In this document: positions 33,633 to 47,300 of the stretch, piece by piece | How the letters are laid out: every line of letters begins with the position of its first letter | Position numbering within the stretch: the first letter of the stretch is position 1 | Assembly: GCF_964355755.1 (NCBI RefSeq) | Contig: NC_092677.1 | Span: 27,205,175 to 27,269,174, forward strand | Direction: 5' to 3' | Origin: Antedon mediterranea | Taxonomy: Eukaryota; Animalia; Echinodermata | Length of the DNA: 64,000 bases | Translations under genes and position numbers: made by a program | The notes under the pieces: generated by a model | Database searches by the model: none | What the model was told of the DNA's origin: nothing | Seen by the model: only the letters and a program-made list of their open reading frames with translations

Positions 33633-36600
33633 GAACGACCCATTTGCTGAAACAGTATTGCCTTCGTCGCACTATCATCCAACTACTCAAAATGTCCTAA
33701 CAACAAAGGAGAAAGAAACAAAAATTAAATCACATCTAGCGGAACAGTCCAAGCAGAAGAAAACGACAAAAGAATCCAAGAAAGTCAGTCCAAAAGAAAA
33801 AACATTCCTTGACAAAGGTCATGCATATATCACTCGAGAACTGCCGACTCATGACACGCCCTCACCTGGTAATAATTCATCTAAGTTTGAAGAATCGTGG
33901 CCAAGCAGCGAACTTCCATCAACTTTAGACAGCCCAGAAGTAACTACAGGTTTAGCAAAATATCAACCACTTTCCAACCAAGAATTACCATTGGACTTTT
34001 CTGCCAGACCATTTATCTCGGAACAAGTAAGGCACTATATATGTTTGTAGACCAGAAAAATGAACTAACTTTAGTTTCAATCTCAAATTCTTAAATTTAA
34101 CTAGTGTAATATTTGACATCTCTGATATATCTGATATTTTTTTTTTCTGTATTTTTGTGAAACAGAGCAGTATGAATGGTCAGCCATCGTGGAAGCAATC
34201 CAAGTCCAGCAACTTGTTTGACGGTTCAGATAAGAAGAAACCAACTATCGCAAGGTATCATTTGTTTTTTTTTTCTTAAAATTCATTCTTTGTACTTAAC
34301 TTACTACCAAACTAAATAACTATGAAAATGTTTTTATTTATTTGTCCTTGATGCCACCCCAATGGACGTACCACCTTCTTTGTATTTAAAATTCAATGTT
34401 TGTACTTACTGTAAAACTGTAAACAATTATTTATTTTCTTTGATAGCATTTCTGTTATTCATTTTACCTCATCCTTTATTAAATAAGCCTTTGATAATTA
34501 TAGTAATTTGGAAACAAGTAATTGAAGTCATTTGAAAGTATTTTTAAAATCGTTGGATTTAAATCAGTATATTACAAACATTTCTATGTGTTAGGTATAT
34601 AGATCGGTTTAGATATGCTGAACCACGCAGCCGTCAAGAGAGGCAAAGAGAGAAGACAAGTCAAGACTTCTGGTGGCTTCACCACGATGATTCAACATCA
34701 TTCCAGACATCCACCCCAACTGATGAGGACTCAAGTAGAGGTAGGAGAATTCCTGCAAAAGCTAGGCCTTCAGATTCCTCAATGAAAGGGAGCAGGACAT
34801 CTGGTTCTATGGATGCATACATGACACCCGGGGGTCCGTATGAGGTAGGTAGTTTTTATTTTTATGAGGCTTAGAATGAGGTAGCCACATTTTTAAGACA
34901 CTGTTATTTTTACTCTTTTCACACTTTAATTTCCAGAGTGATTCAAGTTCATTTCTTGCGCCACATTCTACTGATAGACATACTGCAGATATACAACATA
35001 GAGCAAATGCCCTCATTGAAAGAAGGTTGGTATCTCTGATTTTAAGTTCTCTGGTATTCACCATTCACATTTAGGCTTAAAATTTAAAAAAATCTTGTAT
35101 CTAAGTGAATACAATTCAAGGGAACTACTTAAATATTTATTGAGTTAAGTGTGTCTGCTTTGTAAAGTTTTCATTACCTCTGGTTTTTTTTCTTCTGTAG
35201 TGAAACAACTTTTTCTGATGAAAGCATCGTAAAATGTGATCCCAGAAATCTGTTTGCTCCTTCTTCTACTCAGTCACAGCATCCATTTTCATCCCTTCAC
35301 ATTGTACCACCCGAGTACAACAACAGTAAGTCATAGATTCTACCATTTTACTGTCAGGTATATACTCTGCTCTGGAATTAAGATCTTATACTTAGTTATT
35401 TCCAAAGTAAAAGACATAAACAACAAAACAATGCAAGAGAACCCGTTCTATGACCACCACCAGGTAGGCTTACTTCATTAAGGCTTCTATGAATGGACGA
35501 CTGGTTGGGAGCAGGAACGCTAGTAGACCAATCCCAGTACCGTTTTTGATTACGATTAATCGGGAAATTACTTTACGATGTAAATTGGCAGGTAACATAA
35601 AGTTATCATTTTCAGGTTTTCCTCAACTTATCACTAGTTGTAAATAAGAATTGTATAAATTTTATTACATATTCATCGTTAAAAATCTTTTAAGAAATAA
35701 TAGTGTTTGTTTATCTATAGTGAATCGTCTCCCAGTTGAACCACACATTCAGAATAATTTTAAAGCGTCAATGAGGAAGTCCACACCAGAAGATGATATT
35801 CTGTATCAATGGCGATTAAGACGTAAGCTGGAGCAGGCCAGAGAGAGGCCAGCAATGTGGAAAGAACCAATATCTGTACCTTCTTCAAGGGTGAATATTC
35901 CAGGCCGTACTGTTACTGTAAGAGCTGACTTATCTTTGCTTACAAACTTTATGATACTGTATTTGTTTTGTTTGAATGTGTGTTATGTAGAATATCACTT
36001 CTAATGCTTCCCTTCCCTCTTGGCATAGCTTTGCTGTCTTTTAAGCTACACTATCTAACTTTATGTGACAACAAAATGTGATGTGCTATGATATGATGAT
36101 GTGATATATGGACATGATGATGATATCACTACCATATTTGGGCATATCACTACCATATTTGGGCACATCACACTAGTTAGAGTGTAGACAGAGGTTAAGT
36201 CATGCTTAATATCAGTAAAATCTTGCTACTTCAAAAGTGTAGAGAGAGCCTGCTTTTACCCCAGAGTTGCTTTCTGTTATTCTATCCGCAACAACATAGA
36301 AGATCCATAAAGTTGAAAGATATAATAGATTCCATTGTGGCCACAATTAATAGTAATCTAGTTTATCTGTTTTTATTTCATATCAGGAAACAAGGAAAGA
36401 TGGAGTAGATTCCAAGTTATCTGAATTTAGAGAAAGATTAAGACATCAGGAGCAAGTATCCGGGTTGAGATTATCTTATCCATCAAGAGACCAAACTAGA
36501 CATACTGGTAATGATCCCATACCACAAACTATTGCCACCCAGACAAATGGAATGTCTCAAGCCAGGTCAGAATTAAATCAATCACCTGACAGGAATTCAG

Positions 36601-37534
36601 CACAGTTTTCTGAAAATAATGTTCAAATTGCTGACAAACATGATGTTTTACCTGTCCAGATATCGAGCCCAAAACATAAAGATTATTTACATGGTAAACC
36701 AGGTGTTGTACCACATTTGCATATGTCATGTGATATTATACCATGTCATGATGTCACACATCATGAACATACCAAAGAAACCCATTTAAAACCGCAACCA
36801 CAAAACCATAAATTAGATGATGCAGAAACTGACATTAAAGACGGGAGCATTGATACACAGAAAGAAACATACAGTGCAATAGAAAAAGAACAATATAAGA
36901 CGAGCCATGGAATAGAACGGAATAAATCTGTACCATTGCATCAGGACGAAACGGGAATGGAAGATTCCGTTGACCTCTTTGATGACACTATTGTAAGTCA
37001 GGCTGAGACACCAGATCACCACATTGGTGTACCATCTTCTCCAATTACATCTATGATTGGAAAAGTAAGTATGAATTTCTTGGCAGCAGAGCATCTAATA
37101 AATGCATAGTGAAAAATAATAATAACAAAGAATGCATGTAATGTCCATTAAACAGTGTTTAATATACAATATTATATAACCCCTATATAAATTCCTGTCA
37201 TTTGATTGGACAATTGTTGGTCACATGGTATGCACTATTGAACAAAGATGATTACACTCATAAACATTCATTATTACAGGTAGTAGGTGATCGACTGTTT
37301 TCAACACCCAAGCAAAGCGTATCACCCTGTTCGAGTGTGCACAGTCTACCCAGCATGCATTCTTCCACACAAGACTCTAGGAATGAGGTAGTCAATGGTT
37401 CGGTATCCGATGGCAACAGCAGTGGTGAATTTTCAGACGATGAATTGCTACAAGTACTACGCCAAAAACGAGAAATATTTGATGAAGAATTGAGGGAAAT
37501 AGATAAAAGGTTAGCAGAGTTTGAAAATACATGA
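33633..37534 (+). CDS. PROSER3: Proline and serine-rich protein 3-like (C19orf55-like), spliced; start exon not resolved
   Basis: Motifs I recall as PROSER3 features: DPF..SHYHP near the N-terminus, YIDRFRYAEPRSRQER..DFWWL, IQHRANALIER, PEDDILYQWRLRRKLEQARE, and C-terminal EFSDDELLQVLRQKR. Exons approx. 33633-34026, 34165-34254, 34596-34844, 34936-35025, 35201-35326, 35721-35917, 36387-37064, 37280-37534. Confidence 0.78.
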
Positions 37535-38082
37535 CAATTGATTTTGATGCACTTGATTTCAAACTGAAATGAAACACAGGTGTTAATGTGTATGTATTCT
37601 CCATTTCAAGTTCAGATTTGTAAAAGATGAGGACGTATCAATTTTCCTGGTTGTATATTATAATATTCGGGAACTGTAGCACTGCTTCTCTGCACCACAT
37701 CAGACTTTAACATACTTTTTAAGTGGAGTTTCACAGAGAGCACATAAAGTAGAAACACTACACGTTTGTACAATTGTTTATTATATACACTTCTCTTAGC
37801 ATGTACAGTAAAAAGGAAAACTCTTTCACCTACAACCAAAGTTATCCAACAACAGGCTTAAAAAGTTAATAAGTTATAGCATTGTTTTTCTAAGATAAAC
37901 TTACAGATAGCCAGGGATGCAGAGTCCAACAAAGATATTTATTACTTTTACTAGGAAAACGTTGTTTTCAAATGATGGCAAATTAAAACAGCTATTCTGC
38001 TAGTTGTAACATTAGATGCTGTCTGGCTTTATTTAACTGTCACTTCTGTCCCAATCTCAACTGATAACTTCCAATAGGCTTG

Positions 38083-41000
38083 TCACCTTAGTCCCAATTT
38101 CTGCTTTTCTCTCATTTTCTTTTTTGAGTTTTCTAAGTTACGTTCCTTCCACATACTTTTCCTCAATTTGATTGGTCGATTACCGACATACTTTCCTGCA
38201 AATAAAAAATATCACATTTATGTAAGTTGTTCTAGAATCTTTGGTATTAACAACATTACTTTGAAAACTAAAGTGATCTAATATGGTGCCTGCATATCAA
38301 GCAAAATATTTAAAATCTAACTGAAGCAACTTTTGTTTCCTTGCCTATGGAGGGCCAAAAGCTCTGTATACGCTATCAATTTAGTTTGACTAAAAAATGT
38401 GATGTACACAACAAATATGGTAGTGACATGCCCAAATGTGGTAGTGATATGACGTCATGTCCAAATATGGGCACATCACAAGATGATTTATTGGTTACTT
38501 ACCGTTCATTTCTCTCATGGCTTGAACAAAATCATTTGGATCCTTGAAACTTACAAAGCCATAGCCTTTAGTCTTTCCGTTCCTTTTATCTCGTACAACC
38601 TAAAATAAGTTAACAAAATAGGTAGCATGTACTCGTTCAGTACTGGTCCAAGTATGTATATTATTAATAGGTGTTACTATTCTTACACATTTGAGTGAAA
38701 GCAAAATGAACCAACCTTTGCCTTTAAAAAGGATGGATATCTATTAAACGCCTTCGCCAATGTGTCGTCGTTTACCTCATTTCCAAGATCACCACAAAAA
38801 ATTCTAAAATCACCTAATAAAAAAAAAATAATGGAGTAAAATTATTCAAAAATTTAAATATCAATTTTATATGATTATTGGTTTACTGGAAGTTGGGATA
38901 GGCCCCTAGCTTGGCCATCACATTCAGGGGCGGACGCAGGGGGGTTGCCCCAGTTGCCCGGGCAACACCCTTAATTTCATACTAAATGTTTTTTCTGTCA
39001 CTCTGTGCGATAGTACCATTTCCGGCCATCTAGGGGTGTAATTTAACAAAATTCGCAAAAACTCGTTATCTACGGTCCTGGACTCGTGGGCAACCCCCTT
39101 AAAATAGTTTTGCGACCGCCCCTGACATTGCACACCATTCTGAATAGTGTAATGTTCTGTGCTGTGAGGAGCGGATCCAAGATTTCATCATGAGGAAATT
39201 TCCTGAATGATCTAAATCAAAACGATACTGGGTTTGGTCTACTAGTGTTCCTGCTCACAAAAGTCACCCATTCATAGAAGAACTGATGAAGTTCAGCAAT
39301 CAGATTTTTCAAAAAAGTACATTTCATTTTAGTTGTCAAAATGGGGAGCACACGCTCAAAGTGCAACCCCATTGGTGGTAGTTGTACACATATTTATATA
39401 TGTACATAAGACCAATGTCTTGTTGTCATGGCATTATTATTTTGATACTTCAAGTAATGATGATGTTTCTAAAAAGCAATACTAACTTGAATCCCACTCT
39501 TGTAGACTTTCGTCCTCCCAGTTCTGGCCTGCTGCTGTACGGACAAACTTCTTTTTCTTTGCCTTCCTTGATGGTGCGGCTGCTTCTTGTGTTGATGGTT
39601 GTTGCATGTGGTGTTGGTGCATTTGTTGTTGCATCATGGCTTGCTGAAACATGATGGAAGTATTCACTGGTGGTTGTGGTTGGGGTTGTGTAGGTTGTGG
39701 TGGCCCTGCAGAAAAAAAATATCATGTCATGGTATGTTCATGCAAGGACGATCAATCGATTTAATGAAGAAGGTATCCAACAGATGAAAGAGGGGGAGGG
39801 GGTGAAACAGCTTCTATTCTGGTTACCATTTATCTTATTGTAAATGTATGCTTGTTTTTTTTTCTTGAATGCTTGTTTCAAATAAATGTGGAGCTAGGCG
39901 ATCTAGAGTTTTTACATTTTATTACATTATAGATTTTATGAAACCCATTCATGTAAAAAAATTTAGAACAACATGTTTAATGCATTTATAGCAAATTTTC
40001 ACCATACCTGTTGTCTTCTCGGCTACAGAGGGCGTCTCTTTATTTTTCTCCTCCTTCTTATCGGCTGTGTTAAACTTGACTGGTTTTGCAGAGTACACCG
40101 TCGGTGCGGCAGATATGGTCTTAGGCTTCATGTGCATTGGCATCCGTCCAACTCCTGGCGGCATCAAATGTGGCGCTGGGCCACGATGCAGTTGATGAGG
40201 AATGAAATTCACTGAAATTTAAACATTATTATTTCAAATGAATTGAATATATTTATTGAAATATTATAAAACTCAGTCATGAATGAATTTCTCCCATCTT
40301 CCGTGTGTTTAAAGCCCTGTCTACACTAGTTTGACAAAAAAATGTGTGATGTGCCCAAATATGGTAGTGACATTACATCATCATGTCCATATATGGGCAC
40401 ATCACATTTTTTGTCATAAGATTGGATAGTGTAAACAGAGCTTTATTGTGTTATTTTGTTTCATGAGGAATATCTGCAATTACCACTGTACATTGTGAAC
40501 AATATTAACAAAATGAATCTTACTTTGTCTTGGACCTGAGGCAACACCAGGTGGTCCTCCCATCCTCATTCCAGGTGGTCCTCCCATTCTCATTCCAGGT
40601 GGTCCACCCATTCTCATACCAGGTGGCCCACCCATTCTTACACCAGGTGGGCCAGACATGCGGGGAATTTGTCGTGGTTGGAATCCGGTAGGAACCGGAA
40701 AGCTGTCCGGTTGACCTGTGTTATGATTACTAGCTGGAGTCGGTGAAAATCCAGGGAAAGGAGGTTGTAGGCAACCATCCTGATGCTGGTTGTTAGCTAC
40801 TACGCCATCATCAACAGACTCTTGATCTAGCTCTTCTTCAAACCTAAAAGATACAAGCGTTTTATTTAGTACAAATTTGTTGCAAAGCCAAAATGACCCA
40901 AAAAAATGGAAACCATGATGATGGGCCAAAGGACCGACACTAGTAAATTATTATTAAAAAAACAATACATTTAACTAATTTAATCATCGGATATCCCAAT

Positions 41001-41293
41001 TGTACTCAATTTAAAATCTCTCAATTCTCCGGCCACTCTACCTACTGTATGTAGATACTAGGCCTGGTAGGCGCCGACATCATTGGCATAGCACAGGCTA
41101 TGAACGCTGGGCGAGTACCTATTTATGAGGGGACAAAAGGGTTCATAAGAAGGCCTACTAGTACTAGGCCTAGCATTCAGCTTATTAATTATTTATCATA
41201 TAGGCCTAGGCCATACCTAGATGCCAAACTTTAAAAAAATGGGTACCTGTTCATCTCCTCCTCCATTTCTTTCATCTTGTCCATCGCAAACAT
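38083..41293 (-). CDS. RBM42: RNA-binding protein 42 (RRM), 7 exons
   Basis: KEMEEEMNRFEEE, GPPGMRMG repeats, and KKKFVRTAAGQNWEDESLQEWD. RRM DFRIFCGDLGNEVNDDTLAKAFNRYPSFLKAKVVRDKRNGKTKGYGFVSF...MNGKYVGNRPIKLRKSMWKERNL, ending KQKLGLR-stop (TGA at 38083-38085). Confidence 0.95.
38925..39124. mobile_element. GC-rich CAG..CTG MITE with 5-bp TSD (hAT-like) in an RBM42 intron
   Basis: ACATT|CAGGGGCGG...CCGCCCCTG|ACATT, with subterminal TTGCCC/GGGCAA motifs. Confidence 0.75.
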
Positions 41294-42703
41294 TTGATTT
41301 TGGCCCGTGTCACAGTAGTTATTGTCCATGTTGATATAGTTTTACAAACGCAGGCCTAACGTCGATGTGTGTGGTGTCGTGTGTGATCTGAGTGAGAGAT
41401 CCTATGGAAAAATATCGCGTCTCGCCGGCTGATCAATGATGCATCGCAAAGGCGTCTTGTAGAACTATAGAGGGAGACAAACCAAATTCTCTTTCTCTCC
41501 TCTCACAAGGCCCTTTCCCCCCTCCCCCTCCTTTGTTGTGTACATAATTAAAAACTAAAAACACAAAGAAACAAAACTGCCTCATAAGTCTACTTTAATG
41601 TTTATATAAATAGAAAAGTACAGTACATAAAAAAGTAGTTGCACATTACCCATAATATTGATACTTAACCTACTGTCGTGCGTCTATGGAATGATTTCAG
41701 AATTTAAAGGCATTTGCACATTCATTTGTAACCTCTTTCACATTCAACATTCAAGTTAATGTATAACTATTTTTAGTATTGTATCAAATACAGACATTTT
41801 TGTTTAGATAGTCCAGATAAATAAAATGAGAAGTAAATAAAAAAAGAGGTATTTTTGGTAAACATTTTTATAAAATATCTATATAGTTTATCAAAAACAT
41901 TGCATTAAAATATATTGATATATCTAACAGAAAATACTTGTATTCACCTATATATGAACAATTTCATAATTGTTTACTAAATTAAATATAAACACAATAA
42001 TATCTAGTATTACTTTATACAAATTGTAAAACCATAACCTTATTAGTTCATGGAGTTTTAAATATTTCTAAAATATTATATCTCCATTTTGGATACACAC
42101 AATACACTGTAAACCTACCCTATTATGATTAGTCTTGCTAATCACTAATACCTTTTAAATTTGGTTTCTTTATAAATGTTATAGTTTGCCAAATATTATA
42201 TACCATGTATTATCTTTACCATCTTTTAAAATATAAATTATAATTTCAAGGTGTTAACTATTGAATATGCAAATATCATTTCAAATTATCCTAAAATTAA
42301 AAGGTTTTATAACAAATTAATATATTATTATTATATTACATATTAATATAATAAATCATATTGATTTTAATATTATTTAAAAATAGGAAAATAATTAAAT
42401 TACTAGTAAAAACCTCCAAAATGTTAGATGCATATGTTTAGAGGAGGTGATGTTGTTGATTAGAGCATGGAGAAATAAGTTGGGTAACTAACTTATTTCT
42501 TCATGTTCAGAGCGACATAGATTTTGCATTTTGTAAATTGCATAGGAGGTTCATAACCTAGCCCTTTGAGGTGGCCTAACCTAGCCTAACCTAGCCCTTT
42601 GAGGTGGCCACTCTGTTCTAGTTACTTGTTTACTCAAGTCATGAAAGATTCTATGAGGAGGCTACTCGGTTCCAGTTTCATGTTACTCAATTCATGAAAG
42701 ATT

Positions 42704-45480
42704 TTACAGATTGCTTGTTGTATGTTGTTCATTGAAGTCAAACTGTAGGTTTGTGTACGCTGGGGGCGGTGTTAGGTTATCGTCCGGGCGCTTATAAGCA
42801 TTTGGGTCATTTATAACATTGGTGTAGGACGGTGGTAAATCCGCTACCATTGGTTGGTCTGCTGTACCATTCAAATCAGGTGCAGATGGTGTTGTGGGTT
42901 GTGGTTGTGAAGGTGTAGCTGCAGGAGCTCCGCGTTGAGAAGCACGCCGCTTACTGCAACACGCATTAAAAAATATTATACCAATCACTATTGGAATAAT
43001 AATGAACCCACTGAATCCTGAACCTAGAAATGAAGGAAAAGTAAGTCTTTTGTTTTTTTTTTGTTTTTTTTTTTTTTTTTTTCTTTATTCGAATTCATAA
43101 AATAACACAACATAAAAAAAAAAATACAAAGAATGAATTCAGGGTAACACAAAAAAGTAACCAAAGGTCAAACTTATTTCCATTGTGGCCAACTTCTGTT
43201 TTTGAGATGATAAACAAATGAAGCAGTTATTATTATGGCATTGTATGAAGCTGTAATCTTTGAGGAATATGAAAAATAGATTAAAATGAAATTATTTGTA
43301 TACATCCATCTTCAATCGGTTTTTTAACAAAAATGTATAAAATCCGACCAGCAATGCAATAGCATCTGTACCACAATTGGCATTTATTTTCGAAAAGCGG
43401 CACAAACTGTGCTCAGCACCAACTTCTGTTTTTCTAAAATAAAAGTAGTATGTATATTTATCATAAATTACCTCCATGGTCGTCTGTTTGACATACGATT
43501 GCAACCACATCAGTCCTTGAACATTCATGTGGCAAGATAGTTGTGTTAATGTAACAGTCATTCAAATGCTGTTCAGAACCAGTACATTGAAATGCAAACT
43601 TGTGAAATGGTGAATAGTCCCCTGCTTCCACCAGTCCTTCCTCAGCTCCTTTAAAGCCAAGTTGTCTGCAAACAACCTCCGAGTCTTCTTGCGACCAGTG
43701 CCGAGAACACATTGTTCCCAAAACACCAAAAAGGTCCACCAGAATACGACCCCTATTACCATTTCCAACTATACGTACTGATTCATATCCTTGATCTTCA
43801 TCTACAAAGATATATATTAAGATTATAATCATTATTCATTATTAGGAGTGGAGTTGTGGCTTAGTGGTTATGATGCTTGGCTACCACTCCAAGGGTCCTG
43901 GGTTCAAGTGCCGTCACATGTCAGGATCTTTTCCAAGGACAAAATTACAACTCCACTCCCAAAGACTTGTAATAAGACTTTGTTTATGTAGAGCATCTTG
44001 TGTATGTTTGTCTTGTGGGTCCTTAATTATCAGCAATTGCTGGATGGATCACCCTCAATAAATATGGCTAAAAAAAACAAACAAACTTCTTGACTTGACT
44101 CGTCGTTGCTGTCTAAATTAAATCATAAGACAAGTCGTTTTGAGATAGTGTCGGGCGTGGTTTTTAGGTCGTTGATAAAACATTAAACATGTATAATTTT
44201 CTTCCGACAAGACGATGCTGTCTGAGTCGGCCTTTAGTATTTCATACGCCATTTTTATCAAAACTTGTTGGTTTACACTCACCCTCATTTGAACATTGCA
44301 ATTTTACAGGATTACAGGTGATGTTGTCATTCACAAGTGTAGGACCACAGTCCCATAGATGATCCTCAAACCCACCACAGTCAAACTTGTACTTATAATC
44401 AGCATTACCATCTGATATTGTGTTGTTCAACGTATCAACCTTATTGTAACCTAACTCTCTGCAAGTAACCTGTGAATTTTCAACTGTCCAAACTGTATCG
44501 TTGCATATTCGTCCCACTTCTCCATTGGGGTAAGTCATTTCAAGTCGACCGGAATTTGAATAGACTCCATCTCGAAGACGAGGCATTGTTCTCCCTAAAA
44601 TGTGAAACAATTATTTGTAACAATTTTGTGTCAATTTGTGCAACAGCTTTTGGAGACAACAAGGGCTGCCCAAACTAAATGAGGAGGTGGGATTATACAA
44701 TTCTGTTTAATCTACATTAGGGGATGAGATTTAGCATGAAAATATATTCAGGATTTTTTGTTGTTGTTCTGGAAGCTGGAGGGTTATACCATTCTTGGTG
44801 ATAGGTGTGTCTCATTATCACGATTAAATGATTGACCGAATACCTTCTGAGCAGGTAATTGCTAAGTCCTCATAGTGACGACAGTTGTGCTCTCCTATTG
44901 GTTGATATGTACAGGATGAAAGTGTAGCCTCTATGCCATTACAATCCACCTCATCTAAGTATATAGGTTGACTAGAATTGCCTTCGAGCGTGAAAGTTGA
45001 TACAGGATCACCATAACCTAGTTGGCGGCATACCACCATAGAATTTTCTGGTTTCCACAAATCGTCGCAAACTGTTCCCCATCTCCCTTGGTAGTATACC
45101 TCAACACGTCCGGAGAAATTTGTATCTCCAGCGGCAAGTCGAAGATCGAGTACCGGTAAGTCTAAATAACATTCTTTGATTTTATTTCAATTGAAAAACA
45201 CATATATAACACATGAACAGACCAAAATTGACCACTTTGATGAAACTATCCTAAAATTATCTTTTTATTTTAAAATTGAATAGTATTGTATTTAAATACT
45301 TTAGGAATTTATAAGGGCCTACCGTAATGATTTTTTATTTATTTACACATGGTAAAGAAAATATTCATATTAATGAGCAGAATTGAGTTTTAAAATTCTG
45401 ATAAAAATGAAAACGTATGTACCTGAATTAACACAGTTGAAGACAGCCAATAAGAACACAATCTTTCTACAAACCACCAT
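42704..45480 (-). CDS. Type I membrane protein: signal peptide, 3 SRCR domains, TM helix, cytoplasmic tail with PY motifs
   Basis: Signal exon 45423-45480 (MVVCRKIVFLLAVFNCVNS). One SRCR per phase-1 exon at about 44844-45161 (GRVEVYYQGRWGTVCDDLW..VVCRQLGY..IYLDEVDCNG.E..L..C), 44283-44594 and 43473-43802. Last exon 42704-43023 has TM GFIIIPIVIGIIFFNACC followed by LPPSY and PPPAY. Confidence 0.88.
43053..43190 (-). mobile_element. Probable 5'-truncated non-LTR retroelement tail with poly(A)
   Basis: Minus strand GGCCACAATGGAAATAAGTTT...TGTGTTACCC...AATAAA followed by an A-run. Flanks are imperfect direct repeats (CTTTTGTTTTT / CTTCTGTTTTT). Confidence 0.4.
43853..44085 (+). mobile_element. 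tRNA-derived SINE
   Basis: A-box TGGCTTAGTGG, B-box GGTTCAAGTGC, a unique body, AATAAA and an A-rich tail. Confidence 0.65.
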
Positions 45481-46286
45481 TATGCCTCTCTATCCCTCTG
45501 CTGCTGCTGACTACACCATGTGTACAGTATTAGAGTTTGCAGAAATCTTGAATAAACTAAAACTGTAAAATAAGAAATTATTAGTAAATTAAAAAAACTT
45601 TGATTTTCCACAAAAACAATAAATACAAACCGCCATGTCATAGTAAGTATACTATTACTACCTATACTTACTAAGCTAAATATGAGTGGCAGGCTGGGGA
45701 TCCGATAGGCTTAGTAGACACACCGAGAGTCACCACCAGCTTAGTTAGCCTCACAAGCTAGGCCTACCAAGCCTATATATAATATTCTCTCTAAAGAAGG
45801 CTAGGCTAGCTAGTTAGTCTGGTCCTATACTACTACTAAGGCCATACCTACCTAGCTACTAAAAAGGTAGGCCTAGGCTTGGCCTGCTGGCTGGCCCTAG
45901 CCTCTAGCTAGCCTACTCTACTACTACTACTACCTAGGCCTAGGCTAGGCTAGTTTGGCATAACTTTAAATCAAATTTAAAAAGTAGGCCCTAACCTAGC
46001 CTAACTAAGCTTATTGATATTATTAAATTTATATTAGTATGACACACATTGTGTATAGAAAGTAGTTTCAAGTAAAATGGGTAGTAGGCTAGTCTCTAGG
46101 CCTACCTGTTGAGGAAGTGCATTCTCCTAGTCAGAGTGAAATATGCCTAGCTAGGTGGTCTTCTTCCACACAAGTAGTTGGTTGCGGCGAGGGAACCACT
46201 ACGGTAATCTTGACGATCCTCAAAAAGTTTGTCGACGTCGTTTAGTATGGGGGCGACAAACATTTTCCTCGGGGAAGAAAAAAAAA
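45480..46286. promoter_or_regulatory. Divergent promoter region between the SRCR gene and TBRG1
   Basis: Head-to-head start codons about 800 bp apart, with a dense TAGGCCTA/CTAG tract. Confidence 0.6.
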
Positions 46287-47260
46287 TGGAGGAAAACGTT
46301 CCGAACGTAAGCAACCAACAGCCAATTGTTCAAATGCCAATTTCATCCCCTAGTAGTGGTTTAAACGTTACAGCAAGACTACCAGCAATACACACAATTC
46401 CTTCTCAGGCTGCTCATTTACTTGGTCATGATTATGTGGCCGCAAATGCTACATTTTCGCCCGAAGGAGTTAGGCCCAGACACGATGTCGTCGCGGCTGG
46501 AGCATCGTCAGCCACCGATGTTGCATCTGCGGTGATTAGGGCAGCTGTCGAAGCTACAACACATGTAATTAACCGGCCTAGCCACCCATCCCCGATTCAG
46601 CAAACAAGTCATATTCAAAATGGAACTGTATTAAGCACATCAAATCACCATAATTTGCAACAAATACCAGCATCTCCACAACAAATTCAGGTTAGACATT
46701 TTTGTCAAAAATTAAATATTAATAAATAAATAAATTAAATAAATATTAAGTCTAATTTTAGTATAAATTCAATTTCAAGGCATACAGTAGGCCTACAACT
46801 ACATGTAGATATAAAATTTTAAGTATTATTCTAGCCTAGGCCCACAGAATAGTTTTTAAATTTTTAAATGGCGAAATCATGACCTCTCTTTTTTTTTATT
46901 TGACGAAGTTAGTTTCTTTAAATTAAAAATTAGTTGTTGGTAATAGATAGTTTAAAATATTAATGATTAAATAAACAAAAACTAGGATATGATTAATGCA
47001 TGATTACATTGTAATAATTAATTGTATTATAAATGAATTAACAGTTTAATTAGCATTAACATTTTAATGCTGCCTTGTGTAGACTCTCCAACAACAAATG
47101 CACCATCAAATACAACAACAAATGGTGTACCAACAGCAGCAGCAGCAACAGCAGCAACAACATATTGATTTGGCCATACAGTTCCAAGCTGCACAACGTC
47201 AGATGGCAATACAGCAGCTTCAGGCTCAGCAGCAGCTGTACCATCAGCAGCAGCAGCAGC

Positions 47261-47300
<40 letters not shown>

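Noticed and set aside
43853-43925. Possible tRNA gene (also 57019-57093)
   Set aside because: A and B boxes are present but I could not form a proper acceptor stem or cloverleaf, so these are treated as tRNA-derived repeats.
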